DNA from: Candidatus Woesebacteria bacterium
Lineage (GTDB): Bacteria; Patescibacteriota; Microgenomatia; UBA1400; PJMF01
NCBI GenBank assembly: GCA_050123235.1
Contig: JASFHL010000001.1
Span: 84,651 to 148,650 of the forward strand
Length of the DNA stretch: 64,000 bases
Reading direction: 5' to 3'
Positions 19,596-29,349 of this stretch are shown piece after piece. Position 1 is the stretch's first letter, and each line of letters begins with the position of its first letter. Position numbers and translations under genes: made by a program. A model generated the notes under the pieces. It was not told the DNA's origin, ran no database searches, and saw only the letters and a program-made list of their open reading frames with translations.

Positions 19596-21011
19596 TTAAT
19601 CCTTATGCAACTCCAAAAAACCTACACTGTTAGCTGGCATATTGACATGGGTTTTTAGCACTGCTGCACTAGTAGCTAGTTTTTGAACATTATTAACTCC
19701 GCCAATCATCTGGATAGAAAGTGTGTAACTACCTGGGTTGATATTATAAAAAGTAATTGGCACAAATTCAGCGTGCTGACCTTTTTTGTCAAAGTTGGCA
19801 ATTACTAATTGAGTATTATTATTTTTATCTTTAGCAGCTAAAGCTTTAACCCAAGACCCATTGCCAGTAATTTGCAATCTTTGATCAGCAATGCGATCTA
19901 GCATCTTTAGAGCTTGGTAGCGTGGTTTAGCTTTAGAAGCAAAGTCTCGATGAGTAAACATTCCCCAACGCCCCCAATATTCCTGACCTTCTGCGCCTTT
20001 CCCATCTTGAATTTCAAACACAAATGCTTTTTGAATACTGTCAAGCATGACAATTAGTCCAGCTACAGTATGAGCTGCTGCATAATTATTATCATAGCCA
20101 GGATCAATTTCACTATTATGACCCCATTCAGTAATATGAAATTCTAAAGATGGTTCTAATTTAGGATATTTCAAGATCCAATTTTTCACATTACCCATAT
20201 CTTTGACATACTGATCAAGATCATTGCTATATCTATGCCAAGAAAAGAAATCATAACGTAAGTTGTTTTTAACAGCATGTTTCGCCATGGCGTCAAACCA
20301 GTTTTTGTATAAAGCAGTGATGGCTGGGCCACCAATTTTAAATGGTTTTACACCTTGAGCGTTATTAGCTCCTCTCACAGCATAGGTATAAAGGTCAAGG
20401 TAGTTTTTATCACCATAATATTTCCAACTGCCAAATAGATCCGGTTCATTCCAGACTTCATAATAGACATTGTCAATTTGTTTAGTTCCAGAAACATGTT
20501 CAATAGTTTTCTGAATTGTTAATTGCCAATCAGCCCAATTAACTGGTTTAGAAACAATATCTCCGCTGGCAATAGCAGGAGGCATGTAGCTAAGAGCAAT
20601 ATAGGGTTTGGCTCCAGTAGCCAAAATGTCATCCAAGATAAGGTTAAACTTTGAAAAATCAAATTGAAGATTACCCGGGCTACCCTTGACAATATCATAG
20701 AAGTCATAAATATGATCGATGCGAATATATTGGGGATTAAGGCTTTTAACTTGGCTCGATATTGGTTCTATTCGCCAGTCATGATCTTCACCACCTTGAG
20801 CTAGATAACGCCAAGGTCTAGGTATGGAGCCAATCACTCCCTGGGTATCAACTAGTAAATTAGCCGGCACACCAAGTGCTTTACCAAGGAACTCTCTTAC
20901 TATTTTAAGTTGAGAAACTCCAATTAAAATTACAACTGTGAATATTAAAAGAAAAAATCCAGCAAAAATAGTTTTTATTTTTTGTTTGGAGTGTCTTTTT
21001 TTTCTTAGCAT
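19596..21011 (-). CDS. Membrane-anchored glycoside hydrolase family 39-like protein
   Basis: EVWNEPD acid/base motif, IGGPA, FFSWHRY, ITEW nucleophile; N-terminal TM anchor; start set to ATG 21011. Confidence 0.82.
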   Translation of the reverse strand: MLRKKRHSKQKIKTIFAGFFLLIFTVVILIGVSQLKIVREFLGKALGVPANLLVDTQGVIGSIPRPWRYLAQGGEDHDWRIEPISSQVKSLNPQYIRIDHIYDFYDIVKGSPGNLQFDFSKFNLILDDILATGAKPYIALSYMPPAIASGDIVSKPVNWADWQLTIQKTIEHVSGTKQIDNVYYEVWNEPDLFGSWKYYGDKNYLDLYTYAVRGANNAQGVKPFKIGGPAITALYKNWFDAMAKHAVKNNLRYDFFSWHRYSNDLDQYVKDMGNVKNWILKYPKLEPSLEFHITEWGHNSEIDPGYDNNYAAAHTVAGLIVMLDSIQKAFVFEIQDGKGAEGQEYWGRWGMFTHRDFASKAKPRYQALKMLDRIADQRLQITGNGSWVKALAAKDKNNNTQLVIANFDKKGQHAEFVPITFYNINPGSYTLSIQMIGGVNNVQKLATSAAVLKTHVNMPANSVGFLELHKD

Positions 21012-21165
21012 GATGAATGATTTATTTAAATTATAGCAAGAATTAGATACTTTTTTTGTTCTCAAATTTTTAATATTTGTTCTCCTGCCATTTTGAGGAA
21101 TGTTAAGGTTGATAATTGATTTATTTTTTTCTTTTATCTAAGATAGCGATGGTATTGGAATACCT

Positions 21166-21735
21166 ATGAAAAAAAACAACGGCCACAAAATCATCCTTGA
21201 TCTAGATAAAGAGAAATCCAAGGTCAGTAAGCTTAAAAAGATTGGCAAGAAAATTGTCTTAACTCAAGGTTCTTTTGACATGGTGCATATAGGTCATGCT
21301 CGCTACTTTGAGGCGGCTAAAAAACAGGGAGATGTTCTGATCGTGGGGGTTGATGATGATGAAAAAATCAGGCATCGTAAAGGTCCAGATAGGCCAGTAG
21401 TACCTCAAGAAGAAAGACTAGAGATGTTAACTTATCTCAGTTCAGTTGACGTGATAGTTTTGAAAAAATTTAATTATCCTAGATGGCATTTAATTAGAAT
21501 TATTAAGCCAGATGTGTTGGTAGCGACAAGAGAGACATATAGTGATGAAGAGCTAGAGCAACTAAAAGAATATTGTGGCAGAGTGTTGGTATTGGCGCCT
21601 ATGGCCACTACTTCGACTAGCGCTAAAATCAGACGAGTACAGATTGGAACAGCCAGAAGAATTGAGTCAACTTTAAAAACCAAGCTAATTGGAGCGATGG
21701 AAGATGTGCTTAAAGAGCTTAAAGATAATGTTTAA
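21166..21735 (+). CDS. Cytidylyltransferase/adenylyltransferase (RfaE-II/TagD-like)
   Basis: GSFDMVHIGH, GDVLIVGV, KGPDRPV..EER, STS motifs. Confidence 0.9.
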   Translation: MKKNNGHKIILDLDKEKSKVSKLKKIGKKIVLTQGSFDMVHIGHARYFEAAKKQGDVLIVGVDDDEKIRHRKGPDRPVVPQEERLEMLTYLSSVDVIVLKKFNYPRWHLIRIIKPDVLVATRETYSDEELEQLKEYCGRVLVLAPMATTSTSAKIRRVQIGTARRIESTLKTKLIGAMEDVLKELKDNV

Positions 21736-21777
21736 TAGTTTTTATTGATGCATATTTTTTTAGAGTTATTGAGATGC

Positions 21778-21939
21778 TTAGAACAATTAATATCTATAAA
21801 TCTGGAGCGTTGAAGCGAGGCCTGGTTAGGCTTGAGTTAGCAATCAATATATTACCGAGCTTCACCTAGTGAGCCTTGTATCTTATAAAAAAAATATAAT
21901 AGCGAGCGTGTCCAAGATTTATAGATATTAATGTTCTAA
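21778..21939 (+). repeat. Dispersed structured repeat, copy 1, with ~25-bp terminal inverted repeats
   Basis: Core GGAGCGTTGAAGCGAGG...TACCGAGCTTCACC.AGTGAGCCT.GTAT shared with 29350-29491; flanked by TTAGAACAATTAATATCTATAAATCT / AGATTTATAGATATTAATGTTCTAA. Confidence 0.85.
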
Positions 21940-21995
21940 ACACTAGATTTTTTTAAAACAGACTATTAAGATATCTTATGCATCAATAATCAACT

Positions 21996-22925
21996 ATGAA
22001 ACAAATCATAATCGCCTATATTCCAGTTCTACATGAAGGATATCGTCAATTTTTTTCAAAATATCCTCAGGTAAAAAAAGTTTTTCTTTTGGGTCGAGAT
22101 TTTATAAAAGACTTTCCTCAATTATACAAAGATATTCGAGCCCTAGAGCCAAATTTAATCAAAAAAGCTCTAGCAAGTTGGCAGATTTTTGATGAGATTG
22201 AAATAATTGATAAAAAACTTTTAAAAGCCGGGAAAGTTTTTTCGCCCACAAAAGATCGCAGTCAAGCAAGAATCGAGTTGATCATGCCCAACGAGGAGAT
22301 CATGCAGACTTTGGCTAAAAAATATTTCAAAAACTATAAAGTGACTTTTGATGCAATCTTTTTGCGTTGGGATAAGCATCAAGTAGCCAAAAAACGAGCA
22401 GTAAAAGCAGATGCTTTGATTTCTGAGAGGAACTTTGATCGAAAAATGATGAATCTGGCTTTTGAAGAAGCAAACAAAAGTTCTGATTGCTGGCGTCATG
22501 TGGGAGCAGTGATTATCAAGGATGGCAAAGTATTGCTCAGTGCCCACAATCGTCATCTACCCTCAGCTCAACAGCCCTACATTGACGGTGATCCTCGTGA
22601 TAATTTTCATAAAGGAGTTAAGCTGGAATTATCAACTTCTTTACATGCAGAAGCTGGCTTGATTGCTAAAGCTGCCAAGAGAGGCCTTAAATTAGTGGGA
22701 GCGGAGATTTATGTCAGTACTTTTCCTTGTCCGGTCTGTGCTAAACAGATTGCTGCTGCTGGTTTTAAAAAACTTTATTATGCTGAAGGCTATGGTGTTC
22801 TAGATGGCGAGCGAGTTTTGAAAAGCCAAGGAGTTGAAATAGTGCAGGTCAGAGCAGACGATGATTTTGAAAGCACAAAAAGAGGTGAGAGCAAATATAG
22901 TACGGTGAAGAAGTATCGGAAGTAA
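21996..22925 (+). CDS. dCMP deaminase (ComEB-like) fused to an N-terminal degenerate nucleotidyltransferase-like domain
   Basis: C-terminal HAE...PCPVC Zn motif; N-terminal YIPVLHEGY resembles an HxGH loop. Confidence 0.85.
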   Translation: MKQIIIAYIPVLHEGYRQFFSKYPQVKKVFLLGRDFIKDFPQLYKDIRALEPNLIKKALASWQIFDEIEIIDKKLLKAGKVFSPTKDRSQARIELIMPNEEIMQTLAKKYFKNYKVTFDAIFLRWDKHQVAKKRAVKADALISERNFDRKMMNLAFEEANKSSDCWRHVGAVIIKDGKVLLSAHNRHLPSAQQPYIDGDPRDNFHKGVKLELSTSLHAEAGLIAKAAKRGLKLVGAEIYVSTFPCPVCAKQIAAAGFKKLYYAEGYGVLDGERVLKSQGVEIVQVRADDDFESTKRGESKYSTVKKYRK

Positions 22926-23014
22926 AGCATGGAGTTGGCTGCCATCTAAGTTTAAAAGTGTTTTATACAAACTGATGAATGCTTTAGAAGACGAGTTATT
23001 ATACAATCCCCCTT

Positions 23015-23803
23015 ATGAAAGTCACGCCAATCAAAACAGCAATCGTCAAAGTGCATGATGATTTGTTTGCCTTTATCAAAGGTTCTGTCAAAAAAATTCC
23101 AGAAAAAGGTTTTCTGGTGATTAGCTCTAAGATTGTCAGTTATTGTCAGGGCCGTCTACAAGAAAAAAAAGACGGTTCCAGAGAAGAAAAACATGCTTTA
23201 GTGCGAAAAGAAGCTGATCTTTATCTTGACCCGAGTGAGTCCAAGTATGATGTGATGTTGACCATCAAAAATCATCTATTGGCTGTCAGCTCGGGTATTG
23301 ATGAGTCTAATTCAGTGGATGATCAATATATTTTGTGGCCAAGAAAGCCGCAGCAAACTGTGAATGAAATCTGGCATTTTTTGCGTAAAGAGTATCAAGT
23401 TAAAGAAGTAGGAGTGATCATGACTGATAGCAAAACCATGCCTCTGAGGTGGGGAGTGATTGGGACAGCTATTGCTCATTGTGGTTTTCAAGCTCTTAGA
23501 GATTTTATTGGTAAAGAAGATCTGTTTGGCAGAAAAATGAAGATGACCCAGATCAATGTAGCAGAAGCCGTAGCCGTGGCTGCTGTCTTGGAAATGGGAG
23601 AAACCAATGAACAGCAACCACTTTGCTTAGTCGAGGGAGTAAGTTTGGCGAAATTTCAAGATAGAGCACCAACTGATAAAGAACTAGCTGATTTAGTGAT
23701 TGAATTGGAGGATGACATTTATGGGCCTGTTTTGAATAGTGTTAACTGGAAAAAGGGGTGGCTAGCCTGTTGGAGAAAAAAGCTTGACAGGGCTTGCAGT
23801 TAG
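23015..23803 (+). CDS. CofE-family gamma-glutamyl ligase (probable folate polyglutamylase)
   Basis: ISSKIVSYCQG, SGIDESN, DSKTMPLRWG, GKEDLFGR, MGETNEQQP motifs; near folA. Confidence 0.87.
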   Translation: MKVTPIKTAIVKVHDDLFAFIKGSVKKIPEKGFLVISSKIVSYCQGRLQEKKDGSREEKHALVRKEADLYLDPSESKYDVMLTIKNHLLAVSSGIDESNSVDDQYILWPRKPQQTVNEIWHFLRKEYQVKEVGVIMTDSKTMPLRWGVIGTAIAHCGFQALRDFIGKEDLFGRKMKMTQINVAEAVAVAAVLEMGETNEQQPLCLVEGVSLAKFQDRAPTDKELADLVIELEDDIYGPVLNSVNWKKGWLACWRKKLDRACS

Positions 23804-23829
23804 GTAAGCATATTTTTTATACTGATCTG

Positions 23830-24342
23830 ATGAATAAAAAAATTAATTTTGCTTATTTTGGCGCCATCTTATTGGCAGTGACTGCACTGGCCTTGTTTGT
23901 ACGAGAGAAAATCAATCGACCTCTCGTTAGGCCTAAGTCAGAACTTGTTAGCAAAATGACAGTTAGTTCTAGTTTAGAAACTGAGAGAGTGATAGAGGAC
24001 AATTTATGGAATCTAGTTGCTGAATGGCGCCTGGCTCAGAATTTAAAGCCATTTTATTTTGATCAATCACTTTGTACCTTTGCCATTCAACGATTAAGTG
24101 AGCTTGATGCTGATTTAAGCCATGATGATTTTTTTAAATTGGCAGAAGAAATGTCAAGCCAGACTAAATTTACTAGCTTTGCTGAGAATTTAGCCCAAGG
24201 AACTCAGTTAGGAAAAGAGGAGCAAGTACTAGCGGCTTGGTTAGAATCTACTAGTCATTTGGCTAACTTAGAAGCTGATTTCACTCATGCTTGTTTGCGT
24301 TGTAGGGAAGCTTATTGTGTGCAGCTTTTTGCTAGGTATTAG
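23830..24342 (+). CDS. CAP/SCP domain protein
   Basis: SHDDF, AENLAQG, WLESTSHLANL, VQLFA; N-terminal TM; ATG 23830 follows TATACT. Confidence 0.85.
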   Translation: MNKKINFAYFGAILLAVTALALFVREKINRPLVRPKSELVSKMTVSSSLETERVIEDNLWNLVAEWRLAQNLKPFYFDQSLCTFAIQRLSELDADLSHDDFFKLAEEMSSQTKFTSFAENLAQGTQLGKEEQVLAAWLESTSHLANLEADFTHACLRCREAYCVQLFARY

Positions 24343-24462
24343 AAGTTATTGGTTCTAATTGTTACAGCGTACAAGCACATGAGAAAAATTGTCTTCGTGG
24401 CTTTAAAAGTTTACTAGCTGAAAACGGCTTAAGTACAGCCAAATTATTTTTACCTGTCTAGT

Positions 24463-24924
24463 TTATTTTACCTTAGATTTATTTTTTTCTGCATTAGCGG
24501 AAGAATCTAAATTTAGTTTTTGGTACATAGCATCCAAGATATGTTTTCTGTCATATCCTTGTTCTTCTAATTTGCTAATTAATTCTTCAACTTCCATTAT
24601 TGTCATTTCAAATGTTTCAGCAAATTTTTGGATAGTTTTTCTTTGGATCTCTCTGTTGTACTGTTCGATAGCTTTTATTTGAGCTTCTGTAATTTGTCCT
24701 GTTTCAGCTGCTTCTTGCTCTGTAAGCAAAGGGTGAGTTGCATTAGTAAGGCCATCAGGGTGCTGCGTGGAAGAGAGTCTGAACTGTGAGTCTGCCTCCC
24801 CTTTATCTTGTTTCTTATGAAGATCACTCCTTTCTACTGGCGTTGTTTTTACTGGTCGAATTGCTGCTGGATTAGCTGTATTCAGTCGCTCTAATAAACC
24901 CTTAGTTGCTACATTTTCTGACAT
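24463..24924 (-). CDS. Orphan hypothetical protein
   Basis: 153-aa ORF antisense within the folate/dTTP cluster. Confidence 0.6.
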   Translation of the reverse strand: MSENVATKGLLERLNTANPAAIRPVKTTPVERSDLHKKQDKGEADSQFRLSSTQHPDGLTNATHPLLTEQEAAETGQITEAQIKAIEQYNREIQRKTIQKFAETFEMTIMEVEELISKLEEQGYDRKHILDAMYQKLNLDSSANAEKNKSKVK

Positions 24925-25075
24925 GATAAAGATTAGTTAAGCATGTTGCTAGCCAAAAGGCAAGATTTTTAAAGAGAAGTTAATCTTTAATAGCTTAGGT
25001 GCCAAGGCTAATGGTAGCGAAAATAATCCAATGCATTAGTCAAATTGTACTAAATTTTTATGTTAAGATTAAGGC

Positions 25076-25708
25076 ATGAATGTTTTTATCATTGCTGCCA
25101 TCTCTGCAGATGGCTTTATTGCCCAAGATAAAGAGCAAAGTTCTCTCAATTGGACTACTAAGGCTGACACTAAATTTTTCGTTGAAAGAACAAAAAAAGC
25201 AGCTGTAGTGGTGATGGGGCGGAAGACTTATCAAACTATCAAGCCAAAATATCGACCATTCAAAAATCGTTTGAATATTGTTTATAGCCGCGATGATAGC
25301 TGGCTGAGAGATGATGAAAAGTTATTCTTAGAACAGACTGTTAAAGAAGGTTGGCTGGCCCAACCAACTCAATTTTACGTCACTCAAGATAATCCGAAAA
25401 ATTTGATCAGTAGTTTAAAGAAAAAAAATATCAAAGAAGTAGCGATTTGTGGCGGCGTTTCAATTTATACTAAATTTATGCAGGCCGGAGTGGTTAATAA
25501 AATTTATTTAACTGTAGAGCCGGTTTTGTTTGGAAGTGGTTTAAAACTTTTTAATCAAAGTTTGTCGCCAGCAGCTTTACTTGGGTCGGCTACAACGGCT
25601 ACTGCCACTGCGAAGAATAAAGATTTTCAAGCTCTGCAATTAGTAGCAGTTAAAAAACTAGGTGATGAAGGTGCAGTTTTGCTGGAATATGATGTGAAAG
25701 GAGCTTAA
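25076..25708 (+). CDS. folA: Dihydrofolate reductase
   Basis: AAISADGFI, VVMGRKTY, RPFKNRLNIV, ICGG motifs. Confidence 0.88.
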   Translation: MNVFIIAAISADGFIAQDKEQSSLNWTTKADTKFFVERTKKAAVVVMGRKTYQTIKPKYRPFKNRLNIVYSRDDSWLRDDEKLFLEQTVKEGWLAQPTQFYVTQDNPKNLISSLKKKNIKEVAICGGVSIYTKFMQAGVVNKIYLTVEPVLFGSGLKLFNQSLSPAALLGSATTATATAKNKDFQALQLVAVKKLGDEGAVLLEYDVKGA

Positions 25709-25715
25709 GACCATC

Positions 25716-26147
25716 ATGAAGATCATAATCAAACGTTTTGATAAATCTCTACCTCTACCTGAATATAAAACTGAGGGCGCTGCTGCTTTGGATCTCTATG
25801 CTAGAGAGGATACTTTGGTTAAAGCCAAAACAGTGGCCTATGTGCCGTTGAATATCGCTCTTCAGTTGCCAAAAAATTATTGGGTTTTACTATCAGCTCG
25901 AAGCTCGCTGCATAAAAAAGGTTTGATCTTGGCAAACGGGATTGGGGTAGGAGATTGGGATTACAGAGGCGATGGTGATGAATACAAGGCAGCTGTTTAT
26001 AATTTCACTGAAAAAGATGTGACAATCAAAAAAGTAGAGCGGATTGTACAGATGATTATTTTACAAAGAGAGAAAATTGATTTTTTTGAAAAAGATAGTT
26101 TCTCAACAAATGACAGAGGTGGTTTTGGCAGCACTGGGTCGGTCTAA
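25716..26147 (+). CDS. dut: dUTP diphosphatase (trimeric)
   Basis: AAALDL, ARSS, GVGDWDYRG, ERIVQ, RGGFGSTG motifs. Confidence 0.95.
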   Translation: MKIIIKRFDKSLPLPEYKTEGAAALDLYAREDTLVKAKTVAYVPLNIALQLPKNYWVLLSARSSLHKKGLILANGIGVGDWDYRGDGDEYKAAVYNFTEKDVTIKKVERIVQMIILQREKIDFFEKDSFSTNDRGGFGSTGSV

Positions 26148-26356
26148 AATTTTTAAGTCCTTAATTTCCAACGATTAGCTACAGAAAACTTATTTTGCCT
26201 ATTGTCTATAACTCAATTCTTATGTATTAATTATGTTATGAAAATGTAGTTATTTTTTAATTTAACTACAAGAACTAGCATTTTATGCAAGATATAAAGT
26301 ATCAGTTTCAGATTTTTAGACAATTAATTTATGCTTAATACTGTTTGCAGTTACTA

Positions 26357-26378
26357 AACCCTCACCGAGGGTTTTTTT
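26357..26378 (+). terminator. Intrinsic terminator upstream of the Maf-like gene
   Basis: AAACCCTC-ACC-GAGGGTTT followed by a T run. Confidence 0.75.
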
Positions 26379-26406
26379 ATTTATCAAACAAAAAGGATTT
26401 AGAAAT

Positions 26407-27489
26407 ATGGCAGAACGGCGATCCTATTCTCTTGAGGATTTTTTTACTGTACAAAGAAGAAGGGTTTCCGAAGCTGAGAAAAATGAGCAAACCCTTGCTA
26501 AGGTTAACAGTCCTTATACTGAAGTTTCCCAGCCATTAATTCCCAAAGAAATAGCTCCTTATATTTCTCCTAAAGAGCTAGATTTTTGGCAGCAAAGACC
26601 ACCTGAGGAGATTATTTTAGCTACTGGCAGCTTGAGGAAAATTTTCATGATGCTTTATCAAATGGAAGGCTTTGTTTTCCCGCTTTCTTATGAAAGAGTT
26701 AAAGAAAAAGCTAGCGGAAATGGAAGCTTGTCAGAGCAAGACCAAGCGATGCTTAATTGGGATTTGATTTACACTGATTCCCCACCTGAATTTCAAGATA
26801 TATTTTTTCCAAAACATATGCCTAATGGTGATGGTAAACTCCAAGAAAAGACTCTAGTTGCTTATTTCCAAGGAATACCTGTTTATGCTGAACCCACTGA
26901 TGGAGAAGGTGACAGTAATGAGCCACTTGATGAGGCCTTTAATAAAATTAGAGCATTGGCTTCTAAATATGATCAGCTAAATAAGGATATAATTATCGTG
27001 GCTACTGATGCAGTCTCTTATGCAGATGATGGTAGTGATCAAAGAAGACATTTAGGTAAGCCAATGAATATGCCTGGTTATGATGCTGATGCTTTTGACC
27101 CAGAACAATATATACGAGATCAATATCCAGTAGGTTCTAGAGTAGTTAATATTAATGCAGTAGCAGCTATTAGAACTGGAAGAGGTCAAGAGGGAGATGA
27201 TGATTTTATACCAAGGGGAGAACATAGAGGAGAAGTTTGCCATCACACTATTATTACAGAAGATAACAGTGAAGGATTAATAGTTCATAGGGATTGCGGT
27301 GGAGGTGGTGTTCCTCAGCAGCTTATAGATTGGGATAATATTGAAATGATTAGGGGAATTATGGGGAATGAGCAAGCTGCTAGACTAAAGGATAATAGAG
27401 TTATAAAGTGGGCATTGGTTTGTGCTATTACGGGTAGTCCCTGGTATGCGATAGAAGAAGCCATTGAAGAGCTGAGAATTATCGATTAG
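26407..27489 (+). CDS. Divergent Maf/ITPase-like nucleotide pyrophosphatase (putative)
   Basis: IILATGSLRK (cf. Maf LILASxSPRR), AFNKIRAL, IIVATDAV (cf. IGADTVV), HLGKP (cf. ILGKP). Confidence 0.55.
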   Translation: MAERRSYSLEDFFTVQRRRVSEAEKNEQTLAKVNSPYTEVSQPLIPKEIAPYISPKELDFWQQRPPEEIILATGSLRKIFMMLYQMEGFVFPLSYERVKEKASGNGSLSEQDQAMLNWDLIYTDSPPEFQDIFFPKHMPNGDGKLQEKTLVAYFQGIPVYAEPTDGEGDSNEPLDEAFNKIRALASKYDQLNKDIIIVATDAVSYADDGSDQRRHLGKPMNMPGYDADAFDPEQYIRDQYPVGSRVVNINAVAAIRTGRGQEGDDDFIPRGEHRGEVCHHTIITEDNSEGLIVHRDCGGGGVPQQLIDWDNIEMIRGIMGNEQAARLKDNRVIKWALVCAITGSPWYAIEEAIEELRIID

Positions 27490-27536
27490 ACTTGTACAGG
27501 ATTATTTTAATATTCTATTTGAATTAGAAAGAAATT

Positions 27537-28178
27537 ATGGTTGGTAAAGCAGCAGGTTTTTTGATCACTCTTGAGGGAGGGGAAGGTGGAGGTAAAACTA
27601 CTCAAAGTGTGAGATTACGTGATAATTTAACTAAAGCAGGTAAAGATGTGGTTTTGCTGCGCGAACCAGGTGGTACAGCCATCAGTGAACAAATTAGAGA
27701 AGTAGTACTATCTTCTAAGAATACTGGTATAGCTTTTACCACAGAAGTTCTACTTTTCCAGGCAGCTAGAGCTCAGATTTATAGGGAGGTGGTTATTCCT
27801 TCTTTAAAAGCAGGTAAGATAGTGATGATGGATAGATCTAGAGATAGTAGCGTAGTTTATCAAGGTATTGTACGAGGTTTTGGTGAGGATTTGATTGAAC
27901 AACTAAATGATATTTCTACAAAAAAGACTTATCCTGATTTAACTTTACTCTTGGATGTTTCTGTAAAAACAGGGCTTACTAGGAGAAAAGGAACGAATAA
28001 AGTTAATCGTTTGGATATGGAAAATAAAAATTTCCACAATAAAGTCAGAAAAGCCTATTTAAAGTTAGCAAAAAAGAATAAAAAAAAACGCTGGGTGATT
28101 ATAGATGCTGAAAAAAGCATGGCTGAAAATGAAAAAGAAATTTGGGAAGTGGTTAAAAAGAAATTAAAAATTAGCTAA
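27537..28178 (+). CDS. tmk: Thymidylate kinase
   Basis: EGGEGGGKTT P-loop, REPGGT, DRSRDSSVVYQG, PDLTLLLD. Confidence 0.96.
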   Translation: MVGKAAGFLITLEGGEGGGKTTQSVRLRDNLTKAGKDVVLLREPGGTAISEQIREVVLSSKNTGIAFTTEVLLFQAARAQIYREVVIPSLKAGKIVMMDRSRDSSVVYQGIVRGFGEDLIEQLNDISTKKTYPDLTLLLDVSVKTGLTRRKGTNKVNRLDMENKNFHNKVRKAYLKLAKKNKKKRWVIIDAEKSMAENEKEIWEVVKKKLKIS

Positions 28179-28201
28179 TTTATAAAACTCTTTTTATTTT
28201 T

Positions 28202-28813
28202 ATGCAAAAACTTCCGCGAGCAGTACGTCGCTTGATTGAAAAGTTTGAACGATTACCTGGAATTGGCCCGAAATCAGCCCAAAGGTTAGTTTTTTATCTC
28301 TTGCATAATCCGGAACATCAGCTTGAGGATTTCGCTAATCGTTTATTAGCTTTAAAAAAAGAAACTGTGATGTGTTCCATTTGTCACAATGTGGCTGAAA
28401 ATGACCCTTGTTCAATCTGTGATGACAAAAATCGTGATCAAAACTTGTTGATGGTAGTCGAACAGCCTCTGGATCTTTTGGCCATAGAAAGGTCTGATAA
28501 ATTTACTGGGAGATATCATGTGCTACATGGGGCGATTGCACCTTTGAATAATATTGGGCCAGAACAACTATTTTTGCGTGACATTGTAGATAGATTGGAG
28601 GGTGTCAAAGAGTTAATCTTAGCTACTAATCCTACAATGGAAGGCGAAGCTACAGCTTTATACATTACAGAGATGATCCAGCAACAAGCTGATTTTGATC
28701 CTCAGACTTTGAGAATTACGCGTATTGGGCATGGTTTACCGATCGGTGCAGATATTGAATATGCAGATCGGGTAACCATTGCCAGAGCACTGGAAGGAAG
28801 AAGAAAGATTTAA
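28202..28813 (+). CDS. recR: Recombination mediator RecR
   Basis: LPGIGPKSAQRL, C4 Zn finger, ATNPTMEGEATA Toprim motif. Confidence 0.97.
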   Translation: MQKLPRAVRRLIEKFERLPGIGPKSAQRLVFYLLHNPEHQLEDFANRLLALKKETVMCSICHNVAENDPCSICDDKNRDQNLLMVVEQPLDLLAIERSDKFTGRYHVLHGAIAPLNNIGPEQLFLRDIVDRLEGVKELILATNPTMEGEATALYITEMIQQQADFDPQTLRITRIGHGLPIGADIEYADRVTIARALEGRRKI

Positions 28814-28975
28814 TTGATAATTACGTAAATAAAACCCATTGCTCAACCTTTATTTTTCTGTTAAATTAGGTTTTAATGAGATACAGCTCGTATCAAACTG
28901 ACCGATGGTAGGTTTCATCTGAAACCAAAGTCGGTTTTTTTAATTGACCTCTTGAAGAGGGAAGAAAGGAATCTC

Positions 28976-29314
28976 ATGAGAATTTTAGTACAAGGTAAAG
29001 ACTTGGCAGTTACTAAAGCTTTGCGTAATTTTACTAAGGATCAAGTAAATCGTAAACTTTCAAAAATTTCTCAGAGAATTAATCAAGTTAGAGTTTATTT
29101 CGAGCATATTTCCAGAAAGAATGGTGATCCCAAAAGGGCAGTTGTTAGATATAAGGTAGAATTGCCAGGTAAAGATATAGTGGTAAAAAGTAGAGCTAAG
29201 AATCTTTATCAAGCAATTGTAACTGCTACTGATACTATGGTTAGGAAGGTAAGGAAAAATAAGGAAAAAAGAATGGCGAAAACTAGATTGCCTGTTGAGA
29301 TGGAGGGGCAGTAA
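28976..29314 (+). CDS. hpf: Ribosome hibernation factor HPF/RaiA (short form)
   Basis: MRILVQGKDLAVTKALR...NLYQAI; AAGGA SD before ATG 28976. Confidence 0.9.
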   Translation: MRILVQGKDLAVTKALRNFTKDQVNRKLSKISQRINQVRVYFEHISRKNGDPKRAVVRYKVELPGKDIVVKSRAKNLYQAIVTATDTMVRKVRKNKEKRMAKTRLPVEMEGQ

Positions 29315-29349
29315 ACTAGAACAACAATTTTATAATTTACTAATAAGTT

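Noticed and set aside
21778-21939. THF or other riboswitch controlling the folate/deaminase genes
   Set aside because: Does not resemble the THF aptamer consensus, and other copies lie antisense to unrelated genes
23015-23803. F420 biosynthesis
   Set aside because: No other cof/fbi genes; proximity to folA points to folate glutamylation
28820-28975. raiA motif RNA upstream of hpf
   Set aside because: Region is too short and I cannot see the conserved motif; only simple hairpins
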